Positions 1-9,594 of a stretch of DNA of 44,384 nucleotides are shown here, in pieces. Numbering within the stretch: the stretch's first letter is position 1; every line of letters begins with the position of its first letter. The stretch spans positions 1 through 44,384 of IMG/VR virus record IMGVR_UViG_3300010052_000219; one strand, written 5' to 3'. The notes under the pieces are model-generated. The model ran no database searches and was not told the origin of the DNA. It was given only the letters and a program-made list of their open reading frames with translations. Source of the stretch: a virus. Lineage: Duplodnaviria; Caudoviricetes. A program made the translations under genes and the position numbers.

Positions 1-258
1 CGGAAGCTCGCCCACCGCGCGCTCGACCGCGGCATCGATGCGGCGGGTGACCTCGTCCATGTCGACGTCGCGGCCGGGCGTGCCCGGCTCGGCCGGCGGA
101 AGCGCGCGTACCGCGCGCTCGACCGCTGCGTCGATGTGACGGGCGACCTCGTCCATGTCGACGTCGCGGCCGGGCGTGCCCGGCTCGGCCGGCGGAAGCG
201 CGCATACCGCGCGCTCGACCGCTGCGTCGATGCGGCGGGTGACCTCGTCCATGTCGAG
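1..258. repeat. 96-bp coding tandem repeat, about 2.7 copies visible
   Basis: gacctcgtccatgtcga recurs at 49, 145 and 241 (period 96) with near-identical intervening sequence. Confidence 0.92.
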
Positions 259-378
259 CTGGGGAGCAGGGCGAGCCAGCAGCGCCTCTATCTGCTTCTC
301 ATAGGCGGCGGTCGCGCGCTCCACCTCCTCGCGGACGATCGCGGCGATTTCGACTGCGAACACCGTCATATCAACCAT
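1..378 (-). CDS. Portal-adjacent virion protein with 32-aa tandem repeats (3' end runs off the window)
   Basis: ATG at 378 overlaps the portal stop; MVDMTVFAVEIAAIVREEVERATA then repeats of DMDEVTRRIDAAVERAVxALPPAEPGTPGRDV; not in the ORF track because it has no stop in the window. Confidence 0.8.
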   Translation of the reverse strand, partial: MVDMTVFAVEIAAIVREEVERATAAYEKQIEALLARPAPQLDMDEVTRRIDAAVERAVCALPPAEPGTPGRDVDMDEVARHIDAAVERAVRALPPAEPGTPGRDVDMDEVTRRIDAAVERAVGELP

Positions 379-1737
379 GGGCGGCCCTCTTTTCGCGGAG
401 TGCCCGGCGGACCGCCGCGGCTAGCGCCAGCGCATCGCGCTGCTCATTGTCGTTTGACGGACCGGCGCCGTCGGCCGGAGGCGCCGGTGGCGGAGCGGGC
501 GGTGCCGGAGGCTCGAGCGGCTGCGCGTCGCGGCGCGCCAGCCATTCGAGGCTGTGATCCTGCTCCTGCAGATAGACCGTATCGCCACCGACCACGGGCT
601 TTGCGCCAAGGCGCTTGCGCTGCTCATTGACCGTCAGCTTGCCCTTTGATTTCTCGAGCACATCCATCTGCGTCGAGCTGTCCATTCGGAGCAGGCCTTC
701 GAGGTCGAACTCGGTCCCGATCGTTTCCCCGTCCATGCCCAGACCCTCGTCAAGGCATAGCTCGATGGCTTCGATGAGGACCTGGAGGGCCTGGCTGTAA
801 TACTCGACGTTGAGCGACTGGACGTTGTTGTTCGTCGGCATCTGGCCGAGCCCGATCTTGTACGGCGGCACATGATAGGTCGAGCAGACGATCTCGGCGC
901 TCCATTTGAGCTGCTCGACCAGCTGGGCATCGACTGCCTTGACCGCCATCGATTCGAACTTGAGGCCGTCGCCGAGCACGGCGACCTTCCCGGCGTTCGC
1001 CCCGGAGAAGTTGTTGTCCCAGTATTCCTTGAGACGCGCCGCAGTTTCGTCGCTGATCTCGCCGGCGGCGGTCAGAATACCGCCTGGCCGGGAGCCATTC
1101 TGGAACAGCTTCGTACTGGCCGTCTGCATCGAATGGCCCTGCATGGCCGCGATCCCGTTGGCGAAGATCGGTGACAGGCCCACTAGCGGATGGAACATGC
1201 AGTTGAAGCGGTCGTGGATGATCTCGCGCGCGGGGACGAGCACACTGTCGGGGAGTCCCGAGAGATTGTCCGTCTGCAACTCGTAGTAGACTGAACCATC
1301 CGAGGCGACGAGCGGGGTCACCAGATCGGGATTGAGGACGTACATTCCCGAGACAATGCCACGGCCGTCTCTGCGCTTCAGGATGTAGGCGTTGCCGCGG
1401 CCGAGCTTCGACAACACCCAGCTCTCATAGAACTGGATGCGGTTCTGGAAATGGTTCGGTTTCCGCAGGACCGGCGAATAGGCCAGATTCTTCTTCTCGA
1501 CCCAGATGCCATCGCTATCCTGCACGACCACCCGCGGCCGCAGCTTGGCGATGTCGGAAGCGATGAGGGTCTGGCAGGAGAAAACCGCGGGGTAAGCCAG
1601 GACCGTATCCTGGCTTACCTTGACGTCCTGCTGCCAGGCGCCCGGGTGGCTCTCGTAGATCGTGTGCCATCCCCCGCGCCATTGCTGCGGCGGAGACAGC
1701 GCCTTTTTGGCGCGGGTGATCTCGAGCCCGAAGATCT

Positions 1738-1741
<4 letters not shown>
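371..1741 (-). CDS. Phage portal protein, HK97 family
   Basis: AVFSCQTLIASDIAKL, LRKPNHFQ, GNAYI, GLSPI, FQNGSRPGGIL motifs; GTG start at 1741 overlaps the upstream stop. Confidence 0.96.
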
Positions 1742-2109
<368 letters not shown>

Positions 2110-2125
2110 GTGCTCTCTCCGTCTC

Positions 2126-2159
2126 ATAGAAAATGGGCGGAGCCCGGAGGCCCCGCCCA
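2126..2159 (-). terminator. Probable intrinsic terminator or stabilising hairpin after the capsid gene
   Basis: Minus strand TGGGCGGGGCC-TCCG-GGCTCCGCCCA followed by TTTTCT. Confidence 0.7.
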
Positions 2160-2182
2160 CGATCATCCTTGGGCGATCAGCC

Positions 2183-3568
2183 TTACGGCGTCTCGACCTC
2201 GGGCGTGCCGTAATCGGCGTCGCCGACGTAGGCGACGGCCGACGCGCGGCGCTTGGCGAAGTTGAGCGGACGGACGACCTTCAGCGCCACCGATTCGGTC
2301 TGGAACATCGACACGACGCTGGCATTCGCCGTGGGCGTGTCGCTCGCGCCCGCCGGCGCGCTGTCCATCTCGATCGCCGCCTCGGTGGAGAGGGACACCT
2401 CCACACCGCGATCGCCGATCTTGTAGATGTCCGCCGGCTTGAGCAGGATGAGGTCGCCGGCGCCGACATTGCCGCCGCCGTGGAGCGGATCCCCCTTGAG
2501 CGTGCCGCCACCGGCGCTGATGCCCGGGAAAGCTTCCTGGCCCAGGGCGTTCTGCATGAGGCCCATCGACTTCGCCAGCGATTCGGTGGTCACATAATGC
2601 AGCCCCGACGCATTGTTCGCCGCAATGAAGGGCGCATAGAGCGCCTTGATGTCGGTGATCAGGCCGTCGACGTCATTGCCCGCGGTGTCGATCGCGGTCA
2701 CGCCATTCAGGATGCCGGCCGGCGACACGCCGGCCACCGCCGCCGCATTGCTGAAGAAGGTGCTGTCCACCTTCTGAGCCGAGGCATCCACCAGCGCATC
2801 GCGCACCAGCTTCTCGGCCGCCGGCGAGCTGTCGCGCAGCAACTCCTTCGACACGACGGCAAGCGCGGCCACCTTGAGGGGGTCGAGCTTGACGTTGAAG
2901 AAGTCGGGCTTCGTCACCGGGATCGACTTGGACTGGCCGACCCAATAGGCCGTCGCCGCGCCGTCCTGGCCCTTGATAATGACGTTGGCCGGGACCTCGC
3001 GCAGCGGGAGCTTGTCGAACACCGTCCGCGCGTAGAGGTATTCGATGAAGTCGCCGGTGTAACGGCCATCGGCCGTCACGAGCTCCGCGCCCCATTCGCC
3101 GGTGTCCGTACCACCGCCGGCGACAGCTGCGCGGATGACCTGGACGAGCGTCGGGTTGCGATCGCTCCAGCGCTTCCGGGCGATGTCGAGCGCGGTGCCC
3201 ACGCCGTCGAGACGCGCGAGGGTCTTCGCGATCACGAGCCGCGTGAACATCTGGCCCTCGAAGGCCTCGTCAGCATCGCCCTTGATGATGATAGCCGGGG
3301 CGACACCGCCGCGCGAACCCGCGCCCTCGGTCGTGGTCTTGCCGACGACGGTGACCGCAGACGACGCGACCGACTTCTCCATCGCGCGCAGACGCACGAG
3401 GTGCTTGTCGATCGCTTCGATATCGGCCTGATTGCCGTCGAAGGTTTCCTCCTGCTCGGCGTCGAGGGTCGAGCCCTCGCCGGCGGCCTTGGTCATGATG
3501 GCCTCGTTCGCAGCAACGAGCGCAGCGCGCTTCGTCTCGAACGCAGTGATCTGCTCCGCAATATTCAT
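2183..3568 (-). CDS. Major capsid protein, HK97 fold with N-terminal coiled-coil delta domain
   Basis: AYWVGQSKSIP, KVAALAVVSKELLRDSSP, SPAGILNG, VSMFQTESVALK. Confidence 0.95.
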   Translation of the reverse strand: MNIAEQITAFETKRAALVAANEAIMTKAAGEGSTLDAEQEETFDGNQADIEAIDKHLVRLRAMEKSVASSAVTVVGKTTTEGAGSRGGVAPAIIIKGDADEAFEGQMFTRLVIAKTLARLDGVGTALDIARKRWSDRNPTLVQVIRAAVAGGGTDTGEWGAELVTADGRYTGDFIEYLYARTVFDKLPLREVPANVIIKGQDGAATAYWVGQSKSIPVTKPDFFNVKLDPLKVAALAVVSKELLRDSSPAAEKLVRDALVDASAQKVDSTFFSNAAAVAGVSPAGILNGVTAIDTAGNDVDGLITDIKALYAPFIAANNASGLHYVTTESLAKSMGLMQNALGQEAFPGISAGGGTLKGDPLHGGGNVGAGDLILLKPADIYKIGDRGVEVSLSTEAAIEMDSAPAGASDTPTANASVVSMFQTESVALKVVRPLNFAKRRASAVAYVGDADYGTPEVETP

Positions 3569-3595
3569 TGCTCTACCTTTCGATCTGGGATTGGG

Positions 3596-4219
3596 TCAGG
3601 CGCCGGCGCGGATGATCCGCCGCACGACGAAGGGTGCCTCCCGGTCGCGGGAAGGCGCGTCCAGCTTCACGACCCGTGCCGACTTGCCGGACGCGGCAGG
3701 CGCAGGAGCTTGCGGGATTTGGTATTCCGGGACGCCCTCGGCTTCCCGGTAGATGCGGTCGAAATGCTTGACCGCCGAGATGACAGCGTCGGGGTTCGCG
3801 GGGATGGTGACCGCCGAGAGCTCGAGCCAGTCCCATTCCTCGAAGTCGATGCCGCCGTTCTCGATGAACGACCACTTGATCGGGTTGAAGCCGATCGATG
3901 TCGCGCGGACGAGCTTCATCTTGAGGGACTGCCAGGCCTCGTCCAGGCGATCCTTCAGGGTGCCGGGCTCGTCGGTCTGGGCGATCTCCGCCTTGAACTT
4001 GATGCCCGACGCCTTGATGTCGACGTCCACGACATGGCCCACCGGCTTGTCGTGCTTGTGCTGCCACAGGAATGGGATCGGGAGCGAGTAGTTCGCGCCC
4101 TTCGGGTTCACCCGATCCTGCATCCGGTCCGGTGCCGGGGTCGTCGCGGTCCCTTCGAGAATCCGCTTGGCGTCGTCGATCGACTTCACCTCGATGAAGG
4201 AATAGGCGCGGTTGAGCAT
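3596..4219 (-). CDS. HK97-family prohead protease
   Basis: PFLWQHKHDKPVG (His), SIGF (Ser), WLELSAVTIPANPDA; RBS GAGGAGG before ATG 4219. Confidence 0.95.
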   Translation of the reverse strand: MLNRAYSFIEVKSIDDAKRILEGTATTPAPDRMQDRVNPKGANYSLPIPFLWQHKHDKPVGHVVDVDIKASGIKFKAEIAQTDEPGTLKDRLDEAWQSLKMKLVRATSIGFNPIKWSFIENGGIDFEEWDWLELSAVTIPANPDAVISAVKHFDRIYREAEGVPEYQIPQAPAPAASGKSARVVKLDAPSRDREAPFVVRRIIRAGA

Positions 4220-4230
4220 GCTTGGCCTCC

Positions 4231-5943
4231 TCAGCCCATGATCATCATCTGGAATTTCTTCTCGCCGGCCGCGGACGGGTTCCGGCTCATCAGGACGACG
4301 GCGTCGAACCCGGCGATAAGCGGATCGATCTTGGCCTTGCCGGAAACTTGTTTGGTGATGAGAACCGCATTGCCGCGCGGCTCGGCCTTCGCGTTGCCGA
4401 CGCACCAGGCCATCATCTCCTGGCCCGCATGAAGCAGTGTTCCGTCTTTCAGCTTGCGCTCGGTTCCCCAAACCGCACCGGACAGCCGGAAACCCTGTGG
4501 AATCGCGACCATCTGGTCAGGCGTGAAACCGCGGCCGGCCAGCTCATTCACAAGCGCAGTGACGCCGGCGGGGTCGAGGCCGATAGCGCCAGCCGCTGGG
4601 AATAGGTTTCGTTCCTTCACCCGCTCGAGCAGGTCCGCGATCTCGACCAGATCCTGCGTAGGCGTCTCGCACTTGATCAGCGTCTTCGCCTTGACGAAAT
4701 CACCGAGCCGCGAGGCGATATCCTTCCGTCGCTCGAAGACGTCGAGCTGGGCCCACGCGCGGTTCCACATCAGCCAGATACGAGGATCTATGCGGAGGCG
4801 ACCTATGAGCCCTAGGCCGAGCAGGTCGTCGAGCCCGCCGCCATCGATGCCGGCGCAAACAACCTCCACAATATCCAGGAACTGCTCGAACGAGCCGTCC
4901 CACAATTCAGCCGGTGCGGTGGCTCCTTGCCAGTAGAGGGCGCCGACCCAGGCATCATGCCGGAGGCCGACGCCGATCTCCACGTTGAGGTGCTTGGCGT
5001 AGAACACCTGCTTCGTGCCGTCTTCGGCGTTGTCGACCTGCCGGAACTCGCTTTCGAGCCACTTCTGGCTGACCGACCTCCCCAGATTCGGGTTGGTGAT
5101 GTAGAAGTTCTTCGGGTCGAGATGCTCGCCCGCCTTGAGCATCTCTGGCGGATACTCATACAGGACCGGCAAAAATTCCGGGTCGTCGATCACACCGTCG
5201 CGGACGTCGCGCGCGTAAGCGAGGATCTCCTTGAACACGCCAGCCGGTGGCTCGTCCGATTGCGTGGTGAGGTAGAGCGTGTAGCCCTCCGGTCGCGCTA
5301 CCTGTCCGCCTGCTGCTTCGCGCAGCATCGCGTCCGCGCCAACCTTCTTCCCGAATAACCAGAGCTCGTCGACGAGCACCCGGCTGGCCTTCTTGCCGGA
5401 CACCGTTGCGCTGTCGGCCGCGACAACCTTCAGCGTCGCCTTGGTGACCCGATTGGTTATGAGCCGCAGATGTTCCTGGATATGCAGGAGTTCGTTGAGC
5501 TCTTCATCGTTGCGGATCATGTCGCAGGCTGGCTTGAAGCTGTTTCCCGCGACCTCAATCGTAGGAGCGAGAATCAGATTTTCGTCCGACGGGCGCCACC
5601 CGCAGATCAATTCAGTGAGCATGATGCCGGCGGCGATCGTGCTCTTCGTGTTCTTCTTCGAAACGAGGAGCAGACCCTTCCGGATTTTCTGCTCACCAGT
5701 CTCAGGGTCGTATGCGCCAAATATCGCCGCGGCGAAATCTAGCAGCCACTCATCGGCGGAATCGCCGATCGTCCAATAGTCGTCGGTGGCAGGGTTGATG
5801 CCGAGGTCGACGATCTTGAGCGATGTGAATACCGCCATCTTCGCCTCCGCCGAAGCGGGGAAGAGCGGTGAGAATGGGATTAGCGATCGGCGCTCCCGGA
5901 TCCGGCGCTTCCAGTCCAGGCACGCCGTCGACCAGGTCGACAC
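4231..5943 (-). CDS. terL: Terminase large subunit
   Basis: LVSKKNTKST Walker A variant, VLVDELW Walker B, GIDGGGLDDL nuclease motif, KIDPLIA. Confidence 0.95.
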   Translation of the reverse strand: MSTWSTACLDWKRRIRERRSLIPFSPLFPASAEAKMAVFTSLKIVDLGINPATDDYWTIGDSADEWLLDFAAAIFGAYDPETGEQKIRKGLLLVSKKNTKSTIAAGIMLTELICGWRPSDENLILAPTIEVAGNSFKPACDMIRNDEELNELLHIQEHLRLITNRVTKATLKVVAADSATVSGKKASRVLVDELWLFGKKVGADAMLREAAGGQVARPEGYTLYLTTQSDEPPAGVFKEILAYARDVRDGVIDDPEFLPVLYEYPPEMLKAGEHLDPKNFYITNPNLGRSVSQKWLESEFRQVDNAEDGTKQVFYAKHLNVEIGVGLRHDAWVGALYWQGATAPAELWDGSFEQFLDIVEVVCAGIDGGGLDDLLGLGLIGRLRIDPRIWLMWNRAWAQLDVFERRKDIASRLGDFVKAKTLIKCETPTQDLVEIADLLERVKERNLFPAAGAIGLDPAGVTALVNELAGRGFTPDQMVAIPQGFRLSGAVWGTERKLKDGTLLHAGQEMMAWCVGNAKAEPRGNAVLITKQVSGKAKIDPLIAGFDAVVLMSRNPSAAGEKKFQMMIMG

Positions 5944-5945
5944 GG

Positions 5946-6260
5946 TCAGGTCTGCGCGGTGGCCCCACCGGGGCCATGCCCGGCCGCCATCCAGATCAGA
6001 TCATACGCGCGCAGCGCGCGATCTCGATTCGCGACCTCGAAGTACGCATGATCGACATCCCACACTTGAGGACGGCGACCCACCACCGCGCGCTCCGTCA
6101 GGTCCGGCGTCACGAACGAGATCGCTGACCGTGAGCGCCCGGAGGCCATGAGGAGGCGCTCGCAATGGGAACGACACATATGGTTCGGGACGAGATACCA
6201 AGCGCCGTCTGGCAGATCGGCGAGCTGCCTCGTCGTCCTGCCCGATCCTCGATTGGACAT
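5946..6260 (-). CDS. Hypothetical protein with minimal P-loop-like motifs
   Basis: Fills the gap between terS and terL; RGSGRTT at the N-terminus and WDVDH later. Confidence 0.65.
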   Translation of the reverse strand: MSNRGSGRTTRQLADLPDGAWYLVPNHMCRSHCERLLMASGRSRSAISFVTPDLTERAVVGRRPQVWDVDHAYFEVANRDRALRAYDLIWMAAGHGPGGATAQT

Positions 6261-6272
6261 AGCGGCTACCCC

Positions 6273-6833
6273 CTATTTTACAGATTTCAGCTTCGGCGGA
6301 CCGAGCGCTTGAAACCGCGGCGCGCCGCCGATCGCCTTCGCGCGCTCCTGCTGCGCCGCCTTCTTGCCCTGTGGCGCGGACGCCTCGTTGATCGTCTTCA
6401 GGGCAAGTGCGAGCGTCTTCAGCGTGTTGGCTCGGGTGGGCAAGCTCACCGCGCGCATCATGGCGTCGCGCTTCGCGTCATCATCGTCGTCGTCGGTGGC
6501 CTCGATGATCAGGTCTTCGAGTTCGCCCCGACGGCTGGTGGTTACGTGCAGTTCGTCCAGCATTCGGGCGACGAGGGACCGCCCTTCATCGGCGATCTCG
6601 GCCGGGTCAGCAGCGGGTTCCTTCTCGGGCGGCACCGACGGAACGGGGACACGTTCGGGTTCGCGCCGCTTCTTGCTGCGAACCTGTCGCTCCCAGTTGG
6701 CCGCCTTCGCACGTTTGCGAATAGCTGTGTCCGAGATCTCGTGCCGATCAGCTATTTCTCTGATCGAATCTTCGCCTGCCAAGTATTCGAGCTCGATCCG
6801 AGCCCAGTCGATAGTCGATCGCGATTTCGCCAA
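6273..6833 (-). CDS. Probable terminase small subunit (N-terminal HTH)
   Basis: DWARIELEYLAGEDSIREIADRHEISDTAIRKRAKAANWER; TTG start with GGAGG RBS; lies between HNH and terL. Confidence 0.8.
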   Translation of the reverse strand: MAKSRSTIDWARIELEYLAGEDSIREIADRHEISDTAIRKRAKAANWERQVRSKKRREPERVPVPSVPPEKEPAADPAEIADEGRSLVARMLDELHVTTSRRGELEDLIIEATDDDDDDAKRDAMMRAVSLPTRANTLKTLALALKTINEASAPQGKKAAQQERAKAIGGAPRFQALGPPKLKSVK

Positions 6834-6957
6834 GGGGACCTCCGACCCCGACGAAAGTTCGCACCCACGAACACCCACCAGGAAAAATTCTCCGCGTGGC
6901 AGCGGGGCCGGTCTAGGGGGACCGGGCTGGCCTTGAGATGGACCCGCCCCCCTGGGG
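6834..6957 (-). other. Probable cos/packaging initiation region
   Basis: Non-coding gap between HNH and terS; starts CCCCAGGGGGGCGGGTC right after the HNH stop, then TAGACCG...CACGCGGAGAATTTTT; standard cos position in HNH-terminase phages. Confidence 0.6.
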
Positions 6958-7317
6958 TCAGGCGAGACCGGCGCGCTCCTCGAGCTGCTTATGCTTGTCG
7001 TGGCAGGGTGACTTCCGGAGCGTCCACAGGTTGCGCTCATCCCAGAACAGGGCTGGATCACCACGATGCGGCCTGCGATGATCCGCTACGAGCAAGGAAG
7101 TGTCGGCCTCCATGATGCCGCAGCCGCACTGGCAGGTGAACATGTCACGCTTGAGGATCTTCATGCGCAGCTTCTGCCAGCGCGATGTGCTGTACCATTT
7201 GCGCCAAGGGGCGAACGTCGCACGATTGGCCTCAGCCGTGCGGCTGGGGGCGTCCACATAGTTGAGCGCCGGTGGCAAGGACGACAGCAGGCTTGGCAAG
7301 GTCTTCAGCCGTCCCAT
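6958..7317 (-). CDS. Terminase-associated HNH endonuclease
   Basis: WYSTSRWQKLR...RDMFTCQC...ADHRRPHRGD...FWDERNLWTL...CHDKHKQ. Confidence 0.93.
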   Translation of the reverse strand: MGRLKTLPSLLSSLPPALNYVDAPSRTAEANRATFAPWRKWYSTSRWQKLRMKILKRDMFTCQCGCGIMEADTSLLVADHRRPHRGDPALFWDERNLWTLRKSPCHDKHKQLEERAGLA

Positions 7318-7331
7318 AGGTCCTCCTGACG

Positions 7332-7511
7332 TCAGCCTCGCACTACCGCTCGCAGCTCGGCGGCTAGGTCTTCTATGCGCGCCGCCCTCGCAGATGCCTC
7401 GGCGTGCGTCGCGGGCGGGTCCATGAAGTCGAAGGCGAGGTCGTGCACGTCGCGGGCAATGCGCTCCAGGCGCTGCGCTGTGCTCAAATAGGGTTCCGGT
7501 CCTGCGGCCAT
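7332..7511 (-). CDS. Small helical hypothetical protein
   Basis: Fills the gap; co-oriented; GC3-biased codons. Confidence 0.6.
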   Translation of the reverse strand: MAAGPEPYLSTAQRLERIARDVHDLAFDFMDPPATHAEASARAARIEDLAAELRAVVRG

Positions 7512-7547
7512 CCTCACCCCCGACGACCGGATCGACGGCCGAGTTCG

Positions 7548-8093
7548 CTATCTCTCGGCGACTTCGAACTCTGCTAAGAGTGATCGATGTTCCGCTGCCC
7601 AACGGCGTAGATCAGCCGGTCGGTAAACCCGACTCCGACGGCGAGGAAGGCGTCTAGCTATGGGACCATTCCCGGTTTTCAGAATGGCAAAGAACTGGTC
7701 CAACGTCAGACCGAGGAAGGATGCGGCCTCGGTTGCACCCATGGCTGGGCTCACGATCGCAGCTTGGGGTAGCTGCAGGCCAGTTGCGGCAATGCTTTGG
7801 CGGATGCGGGTCGCTAGACCGCATCGATTATACTCTGGGACGAAAAGTTCGATGTACCGCTGTTCGGTTTGATCGAGCTGCTCCAGCCCGCAGAGTATAG
7901 CGGATACTCCATCGAACTGCTTACGACCCTCCGCGATGTGGTCGCTGATACGGCGCCGCATGTCTCGCGCTTGGCCGACGTAGACCACCACGTCGCCGCG
8001 ATGGAGGAAATAGATGCCCGGTCGCGCAAATGATGCATCGAGTGAAGGAAAGTGGACGCGCTGCAACTGGGTCGGCATAGGAATGTCAGCCAT
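7548..8093 (-). CDS. GIY-YIG nuclease fused to a C-terminal excisionase/AlpA-like HTH
   Basis: GIYFL...VYVGQARDMRRRISDH...EQRYI...PEYN; C-terminal GATEAASFLGLT...RVYRPADLRRWA; lower GC than flanks. Confidence 0.85.
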   Translation of the reverse strand: MADIPMPTQLQRVHFPSLDASFARPGIYFLHRGDVVVYVGQARDMRRRISDHIAEGRKQFDGVSAILCGLEQLDQTEQRYIELFVPEYNRCGLATRIRQSIAATGLQLPQAAIVSPAMGATEAASFLGLTLDQFFAILKTGNGPIARRLPRRRSRVYRPADLRRWAAEHRSLLAEFEVAER

Positions 8094-8261
8094 GCGATGC
8101 TCCAACATCGTTCTGGTCAGGGCCGGGAGGCTGCTCCAACAGCTTCTCGGCCCGCTCTCAAGGCAACCCTACGGAGTCCCGGTGCAGCGCGATCGCGCCG
8201 CTTCCTCGGTCCCCACCCAGCGGCGCATGGCACGCATGTCCAAGATCAACCGCGCATCCGC

Positions 8262-8915
8262 TCACGCTCTGGCGGGCTGCACTTCGTCCTGTACATCATG
8301 CGGATTCAGCCGCCAAGCCTCTATCTCCATGACGATCTTGCCGAACGCGACCAGCGCCGACTTGCCCTTGCTCTCCACGACCGTGCCGGACATGCCGGCG
8401 AGCGCAGGCATCTCAGCGATATCGACGGCTGCGCCGATCCGGAACTGACGGTGGACCGCCCGAAGCGCCTTGCGCCGGGCGTGCTCGGTCTTCTGGGCGG
8501 CCGCACGAGCCCGCCTGCGGGCTTCGCGAGTATCATACTGGCGCTGGAGCTCCAACGCCTCCTGCGCCATCCTTTCCGCGAGTTGCAACCCGACGATAGC
8601 TGCTGCGCTCACCAACGGTATGCGATTTCCCCAATGGAAGATCGAAAAGGTGGGACCCGAACGCGCAGGATCGCGCGCGGCTGCGGCAAGCGCTTGGAGG
8701 TGATGGGAGCGCGCAAACACGAATGTCGGAAGGATAGGGCCGTCGACTTCACGCTTCTCGTCCGAACCGCGGCGCACTAGCTTCATCGTCGTCTGCACCG
8801 GAGTCCATACATCGTACCCATCACTCTGCAGCGATCGGAGAAGCGGAAGCGTCCTTGCGCCGCTGGTGCGCAGAATGCACCACATCCCCTCGATCTCTTT
8901 TGCCTGCCCGCTCAT
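8262..8915 (-). CDS. NusG/RfaH-like transcription antiterminator (late regulator in the Q position)
   Basis: NGN domain WCILRT...GYDVWTP...PILPTFVFA; KOW domain FRIGAAVDI...AGMSGTVVE. Confidence 0.85.
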   Translation of the reverse strand: MSGQAKEIEGMWCILRTSGARTLPLLRSLQSDGYDVWTPVQTTMKLVRRGSDEKREVDGPILPTFVFARSHHLQALAAAARDPARSGPTFSIFHWGNRIPLVSAAAIVGLQLAERMAQEALELQRQYDTREARRRARAAAQKTEHARRKALRAVHRQFRIGAAVDIAEMPALAGMSGTVVESKGKSALVAFGKIVMEIEAWRLNPHDVQDEVQPARA

Positions 8916-8947
8916 TGCCGCCTCGCTCCACCCCAAATGTACACTGC

Positions 8948-8962
8948 GTTCTTCGTTTGTGC
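8948..8962 (-). promoter_or_regulatory. Possible degenerate alphaproteobacterial SOS box upstream of the NusG-like gene
   Basis: GTTC-ttcgttt-GTGC, one mismatch to GTTC-N7-GTTC, in an intergenic gap. Confidence 0.35.
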
Positions 8963-8964
8963 CA

Positions 8965-9594
8965 TCACTCCGGCCGGATCCTGTCCGCGGCCGCGCCGCT
9001 CAGGCCGTGCTTGGCCATGATCTCGTCCACATCCTCTGGCGTTAGCGGGTCTGCAGCGAGCTCGGCGCGCCGCGCGTCTGCTCGTTCCGCCGCCTCGGCG
9101 AGCTTCCTCAGCCTGAAGGCCCTTGCCACCCTCGCGTGCATCAGCGGCGCGGTGAAGGTTCGCAGCTCACCGGCCGATCGCGGGAAGAACCGCCGGCCGG
9201 GGACGTTGCAGTAAGCCCGACAGGCCGCCTGCAAGATGTCGAGAGGTACGTCGGCGAGATGCGCCCGGAGCATTTGAAAGCTCGCGTCCGCTTCATCAAC
9301 GTGTTCCGGGACAATGATCGTCGCGCAACGCAGCCTCATCAGCACGGCGTGCCGATCTTCAATCCTGCTCGGCTCCATTGCGCGCTGGTGCAACTCGGCA
9401 GCTTCGCGCAGCCCCCGTGCAGCGCCGGGGGGGACTGGGAAGCCGTAACCGCTCGGGAAGCTTGCGTCCAACTCTCGCAGGTCAACCCAGGCCGGGATCG
9501 CCGCCGCCAACATATCGTTCGAGAAGCTCGTCGCGGAAGCCACGTTGGCCGCCGCGGCCTCCACCAGATCTTGCCCTGCCACCTGTTCCATCAC
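8965..9594 (-). CDS. Replication-associated protein (position of P/helicase loader); true start may be 9513
   Basis: Follows the initiator; LADVPLDILQAACRAY...FFPRSAGELR pattern typical of this slot. Confidence 0.6.
   Translation of the reverse strand: MMEQVAGQDLVEAAAANVASATSFSNDMLAAAIPAWVDLRELDASFPSGYGFPVPPGAARGLREAAELHQRAMEPSRIEDRHAVLMRLRCATIIVPEHVDEADASFQMLRAHLADVPLDILQAACRAYCNVPGRRFFPRSAGELRTFTAPLMHARVARAFRLRKLAEAAERADARRAELAADPLTPEDVDEIMAKHGLSGAAADRIRPE

Noticed and set aside
1-258. Possible CRISPR array
   Set aside because: Units repeat over their full 96 bp with no unique spacers, stay in frame in a CDS, and no cas genes are present
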